A DNA stretch of 64,000 nucleotides from a virus, in IMG/VR virus record IMGVR_UViG_3300044712_001205, positions 4,534 to 68,533 of that record. One strand, given 5' to 3'. Both the position numbers and the translations under genes were made by a program. Position 1 is the first letter of the stretch. Every line of letters begins with the position of its first letter. This document shows, piece after piece, positions 35,176 through 44,376 of the stretch. The notes beneath the pieces were generated by a model. It had not been told where the DNA came from. It ran no database searches and saw only the letters and a program-made list of their open reading frames with translations.

Positions 35176-35955
35176 TTAGCGATACTTTTGGATCGCTTCT
35201 CGAATTTCAGGTGCAACATCTGTGGGCAGTGTGGCATGAATACGCACAAACATATCTCCGGTTTGACCACGGCCATCCGGTAGTCCTCGATTTCGAGCAC
35301 GTAACAGTGTGCCTGGCTGTGTACCCGGTGGAATGGTAATCTGCAATTGGTTGTTCAAAATGTCAGAGACAGGCAAAGTACCTCCCAAAATCAAATCCCA
35401 AACCAAAACACGCTGTTCTTGTATTAGATTTAGTCCTTGGCGCTGCCATTTTGAGTCGGGTTTTATTCTAAAAGTCACTACCAAATCAGCGCCACCTGGT
35501 CCAATTCCGGCATATTGCACATTGTCACCATCATTGATGCCCTGGGGTATGTTGATTTCCACAGCAGAAGCACCTTGAGCTGTGCCCAAACTCACAGTGC
35601 GGCCGCCGCCAGTGGCCACATCATGCAGACTAATCCATAATGTAACACGTACATGACCACGACGTGGATGCTGTCCAAAACCCTGAAATCCTCCACCAAA
35701 CATCTGTCCAAAGATGTCGTTGATATTACCAAAATCTTGGAAATTGAAATGTTGATGCTGCGGCCGGGGATTGTCGTAGGCAGCACGTTTTTCAGCATCG
35801 CCTAGCACATCGTAGGCTGCTTGAATTTCCTGAAACCGTGCAGTATCGCCGCCTTTGTCGGGATGATGTTGACTGGCCAGTTTTCTAAAGGCTCGTTTGA
35901 TTTCGTCTGGGCTAGCAGTTCGAGCAACGCCCAGTGTTGCATAGTGATCGGTCAT
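35176..35955 (-). CDS. DnaJ/CbpA-class co-chaperone
   Basis: J domain with HPD, G/F-rich region, C-terminal domain, no zinc finger. Confidence 0.92.
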   Translation of the reverse strand: MTDHYATLGVARTASPDEIKRAFRKLASQHHPDKGGDTARFQEIQAAYDVLGDAEKRAAYDNPRPQHQHFNFQDFGNINDIFGQMFGGGFQGFGQHPRRGHVRVTLWISLHDVATGGGRTVSLGTAQGASAVEINIPQGINDGDNVQYAGIGPGGADLVVTFRIKPDSKWQRQGLNLIQEQRVLVWDLILGGTLPVSDILNNQLQITIPPGTQPGTLLRARNRGLPDGRGQTGDMFVRIHATLPTDVAPEIREAIQKYR

Positions 35956-35959
35956 TGAA

Positions 35960-36014
35960 ATAAGAAAAACCCAGTATTTTTTTAATTATACTGGGTCGTG
36001 GTTGTGTTTGTCAA
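35960..36014 (-). terminator. Intrinsic terminator overlapping a sigma70 promoter
   Basis: ACCCAGTAT/ATACTGGGT hairpin (35969-35996) followed by a T-run on minus; TTGACA-18-TATAAT with the -10 in the hairpin. Confidence 0.65.
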
Positions 36015-36015
36015 T

Positions 36016-36105
36016 TCAGCGAGTGCGAAATAGGTAGTCCGCGATCCACCATACGGCTAGACCGACTACAAGCACAGCACTGATCCAAATTACAATGCCT
36101 GTCAT
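36016..36105 (-). CDS. 29-aa single-pass membrane peptide
   Basis: Read by hand: MTGIVIWISAVLVVGLAVWWIADYLFRTR; TAATG coupling. Confidence 0.5.
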   Translation of the reverse strand: MTGIVIWISAVLVVGLAVWWIADYLFRTR

Positions 36106-36317
36106 TATTTTTTACCGTCTGGTACCTTTGTGGCGTTTTCGAGCTTTTTGTGTACTTTGACTTCTTTGCAATTTTGCTTGACGTTGCCTTTGGCATCCTT
36201 CACAGGCTTGCCGTCTTTCATTACATCAACACAGACTTTGCGAGTTTCTTTTGGCTCATCAGCATACGCCAGCGAAGTACCTAGAGCCAATGCTAGTGCT
36301 AAAAATAGTGATTTCAT
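36105..36317 (-). CDS. Small exported Lys-rich protein
   Basis: Signal peptide MKSLFLALALALGTSLAYA; one Cys pair. Confidence 0.7.
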   Translation of the reverse strand: MKSLFLALALALGTSLAYADEPKETRKVCVDVMKDGKPVKDAKGNVKQNCKEVKVHKKLENATKVPDGKK

Positions 36318-36333
36318 AATATTACCTTTCAAA

Positions 36334-37065
36334 TTAACTTGTTGGAAACGGTGCAGTAGGGGGAGTAAAGTTCGAAGTGTACCGTGCAATGCCATTGGTT
36401 ATACGCACGTCAGTAACGCCACCCAGCAAATCATTGGTCAGTGTTGTATATTGTATACCAACTGCCAGTGGTAGTGTACTGTTGAGTGAAGTAGAATTAG
36501 CAGCAGACGCTACTGATGTGCCGTTTAGAAACAATCTCACAGTTCCGCTGGATCTAGTTACTGCTACATGATACCAAGTGTTAGTGACAATATTTGTAGT
36601 CGACGGATCCTGCACTACAACAGCATTACCTGCAAAAAATGTCAAACTTGTGCCTGTGGCTCTCCAATACAGTTGCCATCCGCCTGCAAGACCAGAGGTC
36701 CAACGATCTAAGATCATCCTGTTGGATGACAACGCAGAAAAATTAACCCAAGCTTCAATTGTAAAATTACCTGTACCAAAATCAAGAGCAGCAGATGATG
36801 GCGACAACAAATAATCGTCGGTGCCGTCAAAAGATATACTGCCAAAATTGTTAGGCAATGCATAGGGGTCACTAGTGCTGGTCACTGTGTTTCCGCCCAC
36901 AGTAATAGTAAAGTTATTGGTACTAGAATCAACAAACGTATTATTAACAGCAGTTGTAGCACTTAACAAAAGTTCTACGTTTGCCCAGAAGGGATCTTGT
37001 ACTGCAGGAGTCAATAAAGATATTCCACTGCCGAACGTAACGCCGCCGGTGATAGTCAAGCCCAT
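36334..37065 (-). CDS. LamG/concanavalin A-like domain protein
   Basis: FGTGNFTIEAWV, WYHVAVTRS, DVRITNGIARYTSNFTPP. Confidence 0.85.
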   Translation of the reverse strand: MGLTITGGVTFGSGISLLTPAVQDPFWANVELLLSATTAVNNTFVDSSTNNFTITVGGNTVTSTSDPYALPNNFGSISFDGTDDYLLSPSSAALDFGTGNFTIEAWVNFSALSSNRMILDRWTSGLAGGWQLYWRATGTSLTFFAGNAVVVQDPSTTNIVTNTWYHVAVTRSSGTVRLFLNGTSVASAANSTSLNSTLPLAVGIQYTTLTNDLLGGVTDVRITNGIARYTSNFTPPTAPFPTS

Positions 37066-37078
37066 TTATATTCCTTTG

Positions 37079-37621
37079 TTAACCAATCACTGGATATTCT
37101 GGCTCAGGCGGAGCCTTTTTGCCGCCCCAACCAGTGGTTACTGTCGCGGTTGCAACAGGAGTCTGACCCCATGATGGTGCAGGACTAAACGCTGTTGATT
37201 GAGGTGCGCTTCCAAGGCTGCTTCCGCTGCCCAAGGGTTGTGATCCCCAGGTGTTTGTTGCTGGCGCAGATACGCCAAATGTTGAAGGCCCGGTGCCAGG
37301 GCTGGGTAGTTGTGGTGCTGCATTGTTGTTGGCCACTCCTGCAATTTTTTCTTGTCCGCGGCTCCATGCACTGACACCCAGTACAGCACCCATGGCCACG
37401 TGGAACAAGCCGCCGCCCAGCAGTGTCAGGGGATTCCATTGACGAAACGCATCATTGGCTGCTTGTGTTTCCCAGAATTGTACCACAGTAAACATAACTG
37501 GGAAAACAATAAAGTCAAATATACACACCATCATGTACATAATGGCCATCATGGGACGCCATTTTTTGGTCATCCAATCTTCTTCTTTTTTGCTGGGTTT
37601 GTTATCTTGTTCTTTTGCCAC
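37079..37621 (-). CDS. Putative holin (3TM gene-transfer-release type) with low-complexity tail
   Basis: WRPMMAIMYM...FDF; GGLFHVAMGAVLGVSAWSRGQEK; GTG start after AGGAG. Confidence 0.7.
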   Translation of the reverse strand: MAKEQDNKPSKKEEDWMTKKWRPMMAIMYMMVCIFDFIVFPVMFTVVQFWETQAANDAFRQWNPLTLLGGGLFHVAMGAVLGVSAWSRGQEKIAGVANNNAAPQLPSPGTGPSTFGVSAPATNTWGSQPLGSGSSLGSAPQSTAFSPAPSWGQTPVATATVTTGWGGKKAPPEPEYPVIG

Positions 37622-37641
37622 GGTTAGCTCCTTTTTTATAC

Positions 37642-37956
37642 TTATGGCGCCATTAAAATTGAGCACTGTCCCGCTGTAATAGCAGAGATGTTGGTGCCTG
37701 CACTTTGAGTCTGTTGAAGTGGTGTTGTGGGCACAGTGTAGTTGCCGGTGCCAAACGCAACAGCCGATGATCCAGAATACCATAGATAACTTGTAGAAGC
37801 ACCAGTAAAACTGTAACTGCTTCCTCCAGCAAATGGGCTTTGTGACACTATAGTCACATTGCTGGTACCAGTGGGATCCATTCCAGGTCCTACCTCCCTC
37901 GCGAGAGTTATTCCTGGCCCAACCGTGATACCCGGACCTACTTCAATAGGCATCAA
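37642..37956 (-). pseudogene. LamG-type paralogue apparently missing its core domain
   Basis: FGTGNYTV joins directly to PTTPL; reading frame intact. Confidence 0.45.
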
Positions 37957-38573
37957 TGAACTCCCATGACATGCAGTGCGTGGTTGGTATGCTTGATACG
38001 ATCTTCAAGTCCAATCTGTCCGCCGTTGATGGCGCGGGTCAATCCTTTGACGTCGTTGGCATCTGCAAAGCGATTCAGGTTGTTTTGTTCCCAGAAGAAG
38101 CAGGCACTTTGTGCAGCACCCTCAAATGTAGCAAGATAGTCAGCAGCTTCTTCCACAGGAATGCCAAGACTGCCAGCAAAGAATGTGTAGTTGTCTTTGC
38201 CAGTGAGTTGAATCAGGCCACGTCCGCAGTAGCGCCAACCGTCGCCCGACTCTTCGGGACCATTGCCCATGCGATTGGCATACACTCTGTTGGCAATTTT
38301 TTCTGGCTTTCGAGCATACTGATTGGCCAGTTCCTGTGTGGGAAAATACTTTTTGAATATGCCCATGAGGCCTGCTGCTGAGTAGTTCAAGTTCTCTCTA
38401 ATGAACTTGAATCCGCCTGACTCGTGAGCGCACTGTGCAATGAAGTGTGCCACACGTTGTGGTGTGTTTATGCCGTAGTCATCCAGCAGTTGATCCAGTG
38501 CTTCGTGCCAGTGTTCAATGTGTGGATTGCCTGGCACCATTTGTTTTAATTGATCCAATGAGAGTATGCTCAT
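37953..38573 (-). CDS. GH19 chitinase-like endolysin
   Basis: FIAQCAHESGGF, ENLNYS, GRGLIQLTGKDNY, INGG..GLEDR. Confidence 0.92.
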   Translation of the reverse strand: MSILSLDQLKQMVPGNPHIEHWHEALDQLLDDYGINTPQRVAHFIAQCAHESGGFKFIRENLNYSAAGLMGIFKKYFPTQELANQYARKPEKIANRVYANRMGNGPEESGDGWRYCGRGLIQLTGKDNYTFFAGSLGIPVEEAADYLATFEGAAQSACFFWEQNNLNRFADANDVKGLTRAINGGQIGLEDRIKHTNHALHVMGVH

Positions 38574-38588
38574 TTGTTAGCTCCTTGT

Positions 38589-39476
38589 TTATCGTCCTGT
38601 CCATACAGCATACAACCCTGAACTAGAGTCGTATCTACCGTACACTTTTGTCAAGCGAGAGTCTACATACGCTTTCAATTCTTGTTTAGTTGTATCTGGT
38701 TGCACATCAAAGGCAAAAAACACTTCGTGGCCAGACTTGCCAATGTACTGTCCGCCCAATTGGCCCATGATGGTGTCTATGGTCTTTTCTGCTTGTTTGT
38801 TTCGATATTTTATATAACTTGGGTCTTCCCATCGTTTATCGATTTTATTAACATCTACAGTTCTTAAATCAAGCTCGTCTATGCCAAAATATCCCTTCAT
38901 TTGCACGCCGGGTATTTGACTGAGGCTGAGCCAGTTTCTACGACCACCGGGTGTTTGGCTTGACCCGGCTACTAACGGACGTTTCATAATAGTCAACACA
39001 ATACCATACAATGCTTTGGCAAGACCCATGCCGCGGTAATCTTCATCTACTGTTATAACACCGACTTGTAGTGCATTTTTTAGTGGGAAATTGTATGGTT
39101 TACTAACTTGTAGTTCTCCAATTAACTTACCCGGAGACCTTGCAAATTTTGCTTGCATCTCTGCGTTTCTTTTTTCATAATGTGCAAGTAGTTCTTTCCA
39201 CTCTCTATTAGAATAATAAGAAGGTTTAGTAGTGTGCATTGATTTCACTGGCTCAAACTCACCTTTGTTGGCTGGATCCCATAATCTGATTTTGAAATCG
39301 CCACCATCGTGTTGTATAGAATACAATAGCCCGCTGCCGCCTGGCAACTTCTTAATTGTTTTGCCGGCGTCATATTCTCTTTCTAGATGCTCTTTGCCGC
39401 CTTCGAAACCACCAGGAGGCAGCCGTTCAATTTCAGCTAACCCCTGTGATTCTCGTAGAAATTCTATTGCTCTCAT
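38589..39476 (-). CDS. GNAT-like acetyltransferase-domain protein with MRAIEFLRE leader
   Basis: ITVDEDYRGMGLAKALY acetyl-CoA motif; SQTPGGRRNW. Confidence 0.65.
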   Translation of the reverse strand: MRAIEFLRESQGLAEIERLPPGGFEGGKEHLEREYDAGKTIKKLPGGSGLLYSIQHDGGDFKIRLWDPANKGEFEPVKSMHTTKPSYYSNREWKELLAHYEKRNAEMQAKFARSPGKLIGELQVSKPYNFPLKNALQVGVITVDEDYRGMGLAKALYGIVLTIMKRPLVAGSSQTPGGRRNWLSLSQIPGVQMKGYFGIDELDLRTVDVNKIDKRWEDPSYIKYRNKQAEKTIDTIMGQLGGQYIGKSGHEVFFAFDVQPDTTKQELKAYVDSRLTKVYGRYDSSSGLYAVWTGR

Positions 39477-39736
39477 CGTACTTTCTCATAAATCTTTTTT
39501 TGTTCTGTGTACCAGTCTTGCCAGCCGTGTGTTTTTTCAGCACACTGGTAATACAGTGCATAGTTTTGTATCACAACTTTGAGCATGTCGCGCAAACTGT
39601 TTTTGCCATCGTCGATCTGTAACAGGTCAGGGCAGCGTTCCAATAGAATAGTTGGCGCCACAGGAAACTGCTGTTTCACAGGCACAGGGGTGGAACAGCC
39701 TGCCAGCAATAATGTCAAGGCCAAGATGTATTTCAT
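39473..39736 (-). CDS. o-spanin-like lipoprotein (Rz1-like)
   Basis: LLLAGC lipobox, Pro-rich, next to an i-spanin-like gene. Confidence 0.8.
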   Translation of the reverse strand: MKYILALTLLLAGCSTPVPVKQQFPVAPTILLERCPDLLQIDDGKNSLRDMLKVVIQNYALYYQCAEKTHGWQDWYTEQKKIYEKVR

Positions 39737-40203
39737 TTACGGCCCTTTCGTTGTTCTTCGATGATCCGGTTCATACGAGCTGCTTCGTTGTGAACGTCGA
39801 TGGCTTCTTGTGGCACGCGACAATTTTCAACTTCTTTGACTATCTCACGATCCACATATTCTATCAGTGTGTCGGCTTTTTGTTTGACAACCTGTGTCTT
39901 GGTTACCACTCGAGTTTCAACCACAGTATTGACTTTGGCCGATTCGGCTTCGGCAACTTTGAGTTTTTCTTCCAACTGGTGTACACGTTCACGCCAGGTC
40001 TGTTCCACAGCAACACCGCCACGGAAATAAACACCCAATGCCAGCAACACAACGCCTGCAATCTTAAATGGCAGTTGGTAATGATAAACAAAAGGAATAC
40101 GGTGCGCGAACCAACCAGCTACGGTCAGCACAATGCCTGCCAACAACAAGATGTTGCAGAACCATATGATTAAACTATCGGGAAGAAATTGTAAGATCCA
40201 CAT
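39733..40203 (-). CDS. i-spanin-like protein (Rz-like)
   Basis: N-terminal TM helices, coiled coil, C-terminal Cys; start 40203 lies 5 nt after TAAATA. Confidence 0.7.
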   Translation of the reverse strand: MWILQFLPDSLIIWFCNILLLAGIVLTVAGWFAHRIPFVYHYQLPFKIAGVVLLALGVYFRGGVAVEQTWRERVHQLEEKLKVAEAESAKVNTVVETRVVTKTQVVKQKADTLIEYVDREIVKEVENCRVPQEAIDVHNEAARMNRIIEEQRKGRK

Positions 40204-40230
40204 GCCAATATTTAGCATGTGGAAACTGGA

Positions 40231-40878
40231 TCATTTGATCAAATTTAAAAACTGCGTAGTTTTCTCTGTTTTTATACCAGTAATTTGCAGTGTAACTCTG
40301 GGAACGTGCCCTGCATTAGCAGTGGCGTGTGGTACGTTCCACCAGTCAAATGTGCTAACATCGCCGGCAAACCATCCCGACCAACAGTAATTGCCATAAC
40401 TCCAAAAGTGCCCTGGTTGCCAGTCTGTGAGTTGCACAAAATAACGTACTACCTGGCTGGGGTCAGCAGGCATCCATTTTTCCAACTTGTCCAAATGCAG
40501 ATTCCATGTTTGTCCCGGATGTTGTACGTGTATGCGAGCCATGCATTGGTCCAGCGCAAACTGATCTGCTATGCGTTGAAACACAGGATCTAGATTGTAA
40601 TTTAAGTTAGTAACAATATGATCACGCCCGTAACCCTGCTGCTCAAGGTCATATTCCTCTTGATCGTATTCTTCGCTGGCACGTTTCAACGGATCATTGT
40701 CTCGCCCTCGTGTGCGCCAAGTCACTGGATTTGATGTTTCTACAGCAGCGGCAAGTTCCGTTGTCCACGTAGGCGTAATATGTCCTAGGTGTTGCACAGT
40801 ATCCCACCGCGGGTCCATCTGTGTAGGGTCAAAATGATATTGACTGCGAGCTCGGGTTATTTCCCAATTTGATTTCAT
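40231..40878 (-). CDS. 2OG-Fe(II) oxygenase-like protein
   Basis: HLD...PHATANAGHVPRVTLQITG facial-triad pattern. Confidence 0.65.
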   Translation of the reverse strand: MKSNWEITRARSQYHFDPTQMDPRWDTVQHLGHITPTWTTELAAAVETSNPVTWRTRGRDNDPLKRASEEYDQEEYDLEQQGYGRDHIVTNLNYNLDPVFQRIADQFALDQCMARIHVQHPGQTWNLHLDKLEKWMPADPSQVVRYFVQLTDWQPGHFWSYGNYCWSGWFAGDVSTFDWWNVPHATANAGHVPRVTLQITGIKTEKTTQFLNLIK

Positions 40879-41507
40879 ATCACGGTTACCTCAATGTCTG
40901 ACACTGCATAGTTCTGCCAATACTGATCAGTTGGCGGATCAATGCCCAATGTCTGGCACAGTGTTCTGTTGTTGTTGACTCTGATGCCACTTTCGTATTG
41001 CAACAATGCTTGTGTAATACCAGCATTTTGCAGTTTGATTATGCTGGCCATGTGGCGCAGGTCTCTGTAGTATTCACTATAATCAGGATAGGTAATATCA
41101 AAATGCCCGCACTTTACCCACCAACCAAGGCAAGAGTCATTGCTGCGATGAACCAGCACAATGGGACATTCAGGCCATTGCTTTCTAAGGTATTCCAAGT
41201 TTTCTTTATACGAGAAAATATGGCTCTTGATAATTCTGACTCCCGTAGAGTCCTTTTTAAAAGGATAATCAAAACTGGCCTCCGCTTCTTTTTTACTCAT
41301 CACTGACAGATCTTCAGGCAAGGCACAAGCCATGCCAGGGTCAAAATATGCGCCCAGATGCATGAGCTCTCTAGTGCCCGACGCATCGTGATAATAAGTC
41401 CACTCGTCGCGATAGTCTGAACGATCTATTGATGGCGAGTAATAAATGTTTTTAACAACCGAGCTCCATTTGGAACCCGGTGCACCTGCTACAAAAATGT
41501 ACTTCAT
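40875..41507 (-). CDS. Sulfotransferase-like P-loop protein
   Basis: FVAGAPGSKWS, IIKSH, IVLVHR. Confidence 0.5.
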   Translation of the reverse strand: MKYIFVAGAPGSKWSSVVKNIYYSPSIDRSDYRDEWTYYHDASGTRELMHLGAYFDPGMACALPEDLSVMSKKEAEASFDYPFKKDSTGVRIIKSHIFSYKENLEYLRKQWPECPIVLVHRSNDSCLGWWVKCGHFDITYPDYSEYYRDLRHMASIIKLQNAGITQALLQYESGIRVNNNRTLCQTLGIDPPTDQYWQNYAVSDIEVTVI

Positions 41508-42469
41508 TCGGGTTGAATACGTTCAGCAATTCTACGCCAATCGCGTTCTAGTCTGTACATGGCAGCTCGTACTCCTGCAGGCGTGTGTTCAGCTGGAGTG
41601 ATAAACATTAGGTTTTCGTCAAAACGTTTGCGAGCTTCTGCCGATCTAATGGCAGGCACAAATTGTTCTGCATACCAACGCTGAACTTCAGGTGGTGTGT
41701 TCTTGGGCAACACAAGATTCCAGCAGCCATAGAGATTCAATCCTGGTGCGTATTTGCTCATTAGCGGAGCAGATTCCAGGCCCTGCAACGGAACTTCGCT
41801 GGCCAAACCAATTAGTTTTAGTTTGCCTGCTTTGACATGAGGATAACCCACACCCACTGGGGTAACACCAAACTCAACGTGTCCGCCCATGACATCCATC
41901 AGTGCTTGTGCAGGACCTTTGTACATGGCAGTCTGTACACGATCGCCACCGGGTACTTTCAATGAATCAGTGAGATATTCCACAGCCAGTTTGTGTCCAC
42001 CACCGCCAATGGCAAAGTTAATGGGTCGTTGTTTGGCGCGAATTTCACGTATCAAATCTTCGGGTGTGTTGACTTTTGAGCCGGGGTGAGCCCAGAACGC
42101 CAATGGTGAGCGAGCAATGTTGGCCACGGGCTCAAAGTCTCTGATGTTGTATTTCAATCTAGATCCAAACCAAGGTTCAGCAGTGACCCATTGACTGTTG
42201 CAAGCAGGCACAGCAACAGTGTGCCCATCCGCAGGAACAGTGGCAAAATGATTCATGGCCACATTGCCGTCAGCGCCAGGGCGATGTTCAGAGTTGAATT
42301 TCGCACCAGTTTGTCGTTCCACAATGTCGGCAACAATTCTAAACGAGATTTCGTTGCCTGCCCCGGGTCCATTGGGGAAAACAACAGTGACTGGTTTTGT
42401 GGGCTGCCAGGCGGCAGCAGCAAAAGGTAGTGTGACAGCGAGTGTAGCTAATAATTTTTTGATGTTCAT
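41504..42469 (-). CDS. Bug/TctC tripartite tricarboxylate transporter substrate-binding protein
   Basis: Signal peptide, KPVTVVFPNGPG, RPGADG, ADGHT, YKGPAQALMDVMGGHV. Confidence 0.9.
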   Translation of the reverse strand: MNIKKLLATLAVTLPFAAAAWQPTKPVTVVFPNGPGAGNEISFRIVADIVERQTGAKFNSEHRPGADGNVAMNHFATVPADGHTVAVPACNSQWVTAEPWFGSRLKYNIRDFEPVANIARSPLAFWAHPGSKVNTPEDLIREIRAKQRPINFAIGGGGHKLAVEYLTDSLKVPGGDRVQTAMYKGPAQALMDVMGGHVEFGVTPVGVGYPHVKAGKLKLIGLASEVPLQGLESAPLMSKYAPGLNLYGCWNLVLPKNTPPEVQRWYAEQFVPAIRSAEARKRFDENLMFITPAEHTPAGVRAAMYRLERDWRRIAERIQPE

Positions 42470-42557
42470 AATGTCCCTTAAATATTTGAAATTCTCCAGG
42501 GCAGTTGCAAAATTTTACGGCTCTGTGTAAAATTTCAATGTATATACCAAAATATTT

Positions 42558-43292
42558 ATGAATACCAAAATTTTTTCCCTCTTAACGAAAAATTTGCAGA
42601 CAGCGTTCAGTTTGCCCAAGTATGCAAACATCGTAATTGATGCAGATACCCAGGTAGATTCTCTGCCCTGGACCACGGCTCGCTATCGCAAGTTCAAAGA
42701 TGCAATGTGGCACGAACTGCAATTGGATTCGGATTATGTGGGCACAGTGCGCGACATCACAGCAGATCTCAGCGAGCGCTATACGCACAGATTCTTTGCT
42801 GAAATGTGGCGGCCGCGCACTGGCGAATATGATCATTCAGGTTGGGCATTGGTAGAAGAAATCAACAAACTCAATCCCGAGTCTGTGTTGGACGTGGGCT
42901 GCGGATATCACCCTTTCAAAGGACGCATTCAGAACTTGATTGGTATTGATCCCTACAACGATGCAGCAGACTACGAAGTTGACATTTTGGACTACAAGGT
43001 CAAACCTGAAAGTCATGATGTGCTGATTGCTCTAGGCTCTATCAACTTCAACTCAAGAGACGAAATCGAACAGCGTTTTGCTCATTGTGTGAGTTTGTTG
43101 AAAAAAGGTGGACGTTTTTATCTACGTGCCAATCCTGGCATTCCGCACAAAACAGGCCCTTGGGTAGATATTTTCCCTTGGAGTTTTGAAGTGGTCAAGC
43201 AGTTGGAAGAAACCTACAATTTGAAGTTGTTGGAGTTCAAAAAAGAACCTGCCGACTTGGGCAGGCTCTACTTCGTTTACGAAAAATTATAA
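42558..43292 (+). CDS. Class I SAM methyltransferase with N-terminal extension
   Basis: VLDVGCG, GIDP, LKKGG. Confidence 0.8.
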   Translation: MNTKIFSLLTKNLQTAFSLPKYANIVIDADTQVDSLPWTTARYRKFKDAMWHELQLDSDYVGTVRDITADLSERYTHRFFAEMWRPRTGEYDHSGWALVEEINKLNPESVLDVGCGYHPFKGRIQNLIGIDPYNDAADYEVDILDYKVKPESHDVLIALGSINFNSRDEIEQRFAHCVSLLKKGGRFYLRANPGIPHKTGPWVDIFPWSFEVVKQLEETYNLKLLEFKKEPADLGRLYFVYEKL

Positions 43293-43841
43293 TATACCAG
43301 CAGCAGCTTGCAAAGCCCGTGTGTCTTTTTTGATAGCATGCACGGGCTTTGTTGTGAGTCCGGCTGCTACACGCATTTCGTTGAGCTCTTCTTCGTGCTG
43401 GTTTCTGTAAGCATCAGGTGTTAGAGGAACAGTTTTTTCAAATGCTTCTTCGCTCCAAGGCTGTTCTTGATCTTCGTAGGTAAAAGTCCAGTCCTTGGCA
43501 TCAAATTCTGTGAGTGTAGACAAGTCGTCCAACAGTTGTTGTACATGACGGCCAGCAGCTGATCTACGGCGCATTTCCAAATACACTAGATATCGTCCGG
43601 GCTTGATTTCGCCAGGGCTGACATCAGCGTCTACCACAAAGTCATAGCCTTTTTCAAACCAGGCCATCAAGTCACGAGCAGCAGTTTTGTCACGCACAAA
43701 GAAGCTGAGCACAATGATGTCTGCATCGTCGCCCATTTTGGAAGCAAATTCGTCCACGTGAATAGTGGACTTCATCATGCCATCTAGGTCCTTGTATTCA
43801 AGGCCTTCAAACAGCGGGTTGGTTGAGTTGTTGCTGTGCAT
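43287..43841 (-). CDS. Hypothetical protein
   Basis: 184-aa ORF overlapping the upstream gene. Confidence 0.7.
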   Translation of the reverse strand: MHSNNSTNPLFEGLEYKDLDGMMKSTIHVDEFASKMGDDADIIVLSFFVRDKTAARDLMAWFEKGYDFVVDADVSPGEIKPGRYLVYLEMRRRSAAGRHVQQLLDDLSTLTEFDAKDWTFTYEDQEQPWSEEAFEKTVPLTPDAYRNQHEEELNEMRVAAGLTTKPVHAIKKDTRALQAAAGIL

Positions 43842-44376
43842 CTTGTGCTTGCTCGTCGTTTTGATATTCTTCTTTGTCTAGATCTTGCTCGTATGCTGAA
43901 TCTAAATCTTCAAGATCAATGTCCTGATCTTCCATTTCAATTGAACCTGTACGGATTTCACTCATCAGTGCCTTGGGCATGACAATTTCTACTAGCCACA
44001 CAGGTTTTTCAATGATACGTGCTTTTTTAGTGCCAGGTTGATAGTCGCTGGGGTCGTCAATGCGAATTGGGATTTTGATCTTTTGCTTTTTGTAGTTTAC
44101 TTCGCAATCAAATGGTAGTAGTCTACGTCCGGCACGTGGATCGGGCATGAGATTGTAGGGCCACATAAATGTGCAGGCTACCTTGTATTTGCTGATCACA
44201 GGACCCTGTACCAGTTCTCCAATGGCCCAGTTTTTAAAAGCATACACATCCATTTCGTCTAACACACGCTCAAAATCCAGCAATGTAGTTAGACTGCCAT
44301 CGCTCATGTAGATTTCGCGAATGTTGTCTGCTACTTGCCAGTAGTCTTCGTGATTTTTGAAAATCTCTTTGTCCAT
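43807..44376 (-). CDS. Hypothetical protein
   Basis: 189 aa, LLDFERVLDE...GELVQGP; TAAATA 5 nt upstream. Confidence 0.75.
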   Translation of the reverse strand: MDKEIFKNHEDYWQVADNIREIYMSDGSLTTLLDFERVLDEMDVYAFKNWAIGELVQGPVISKYKVACTFMWPYNLMPDPRAGRRLLPFDCEVNYKKQKIKIPIRIDDPSDYQPGTKKARIIEKPVWLVEIVMPKALMSEIRTGSIEMEDQDIDLEDLDSAYEQDLDKEEYQNDEQAQDAQQQLNQPAV

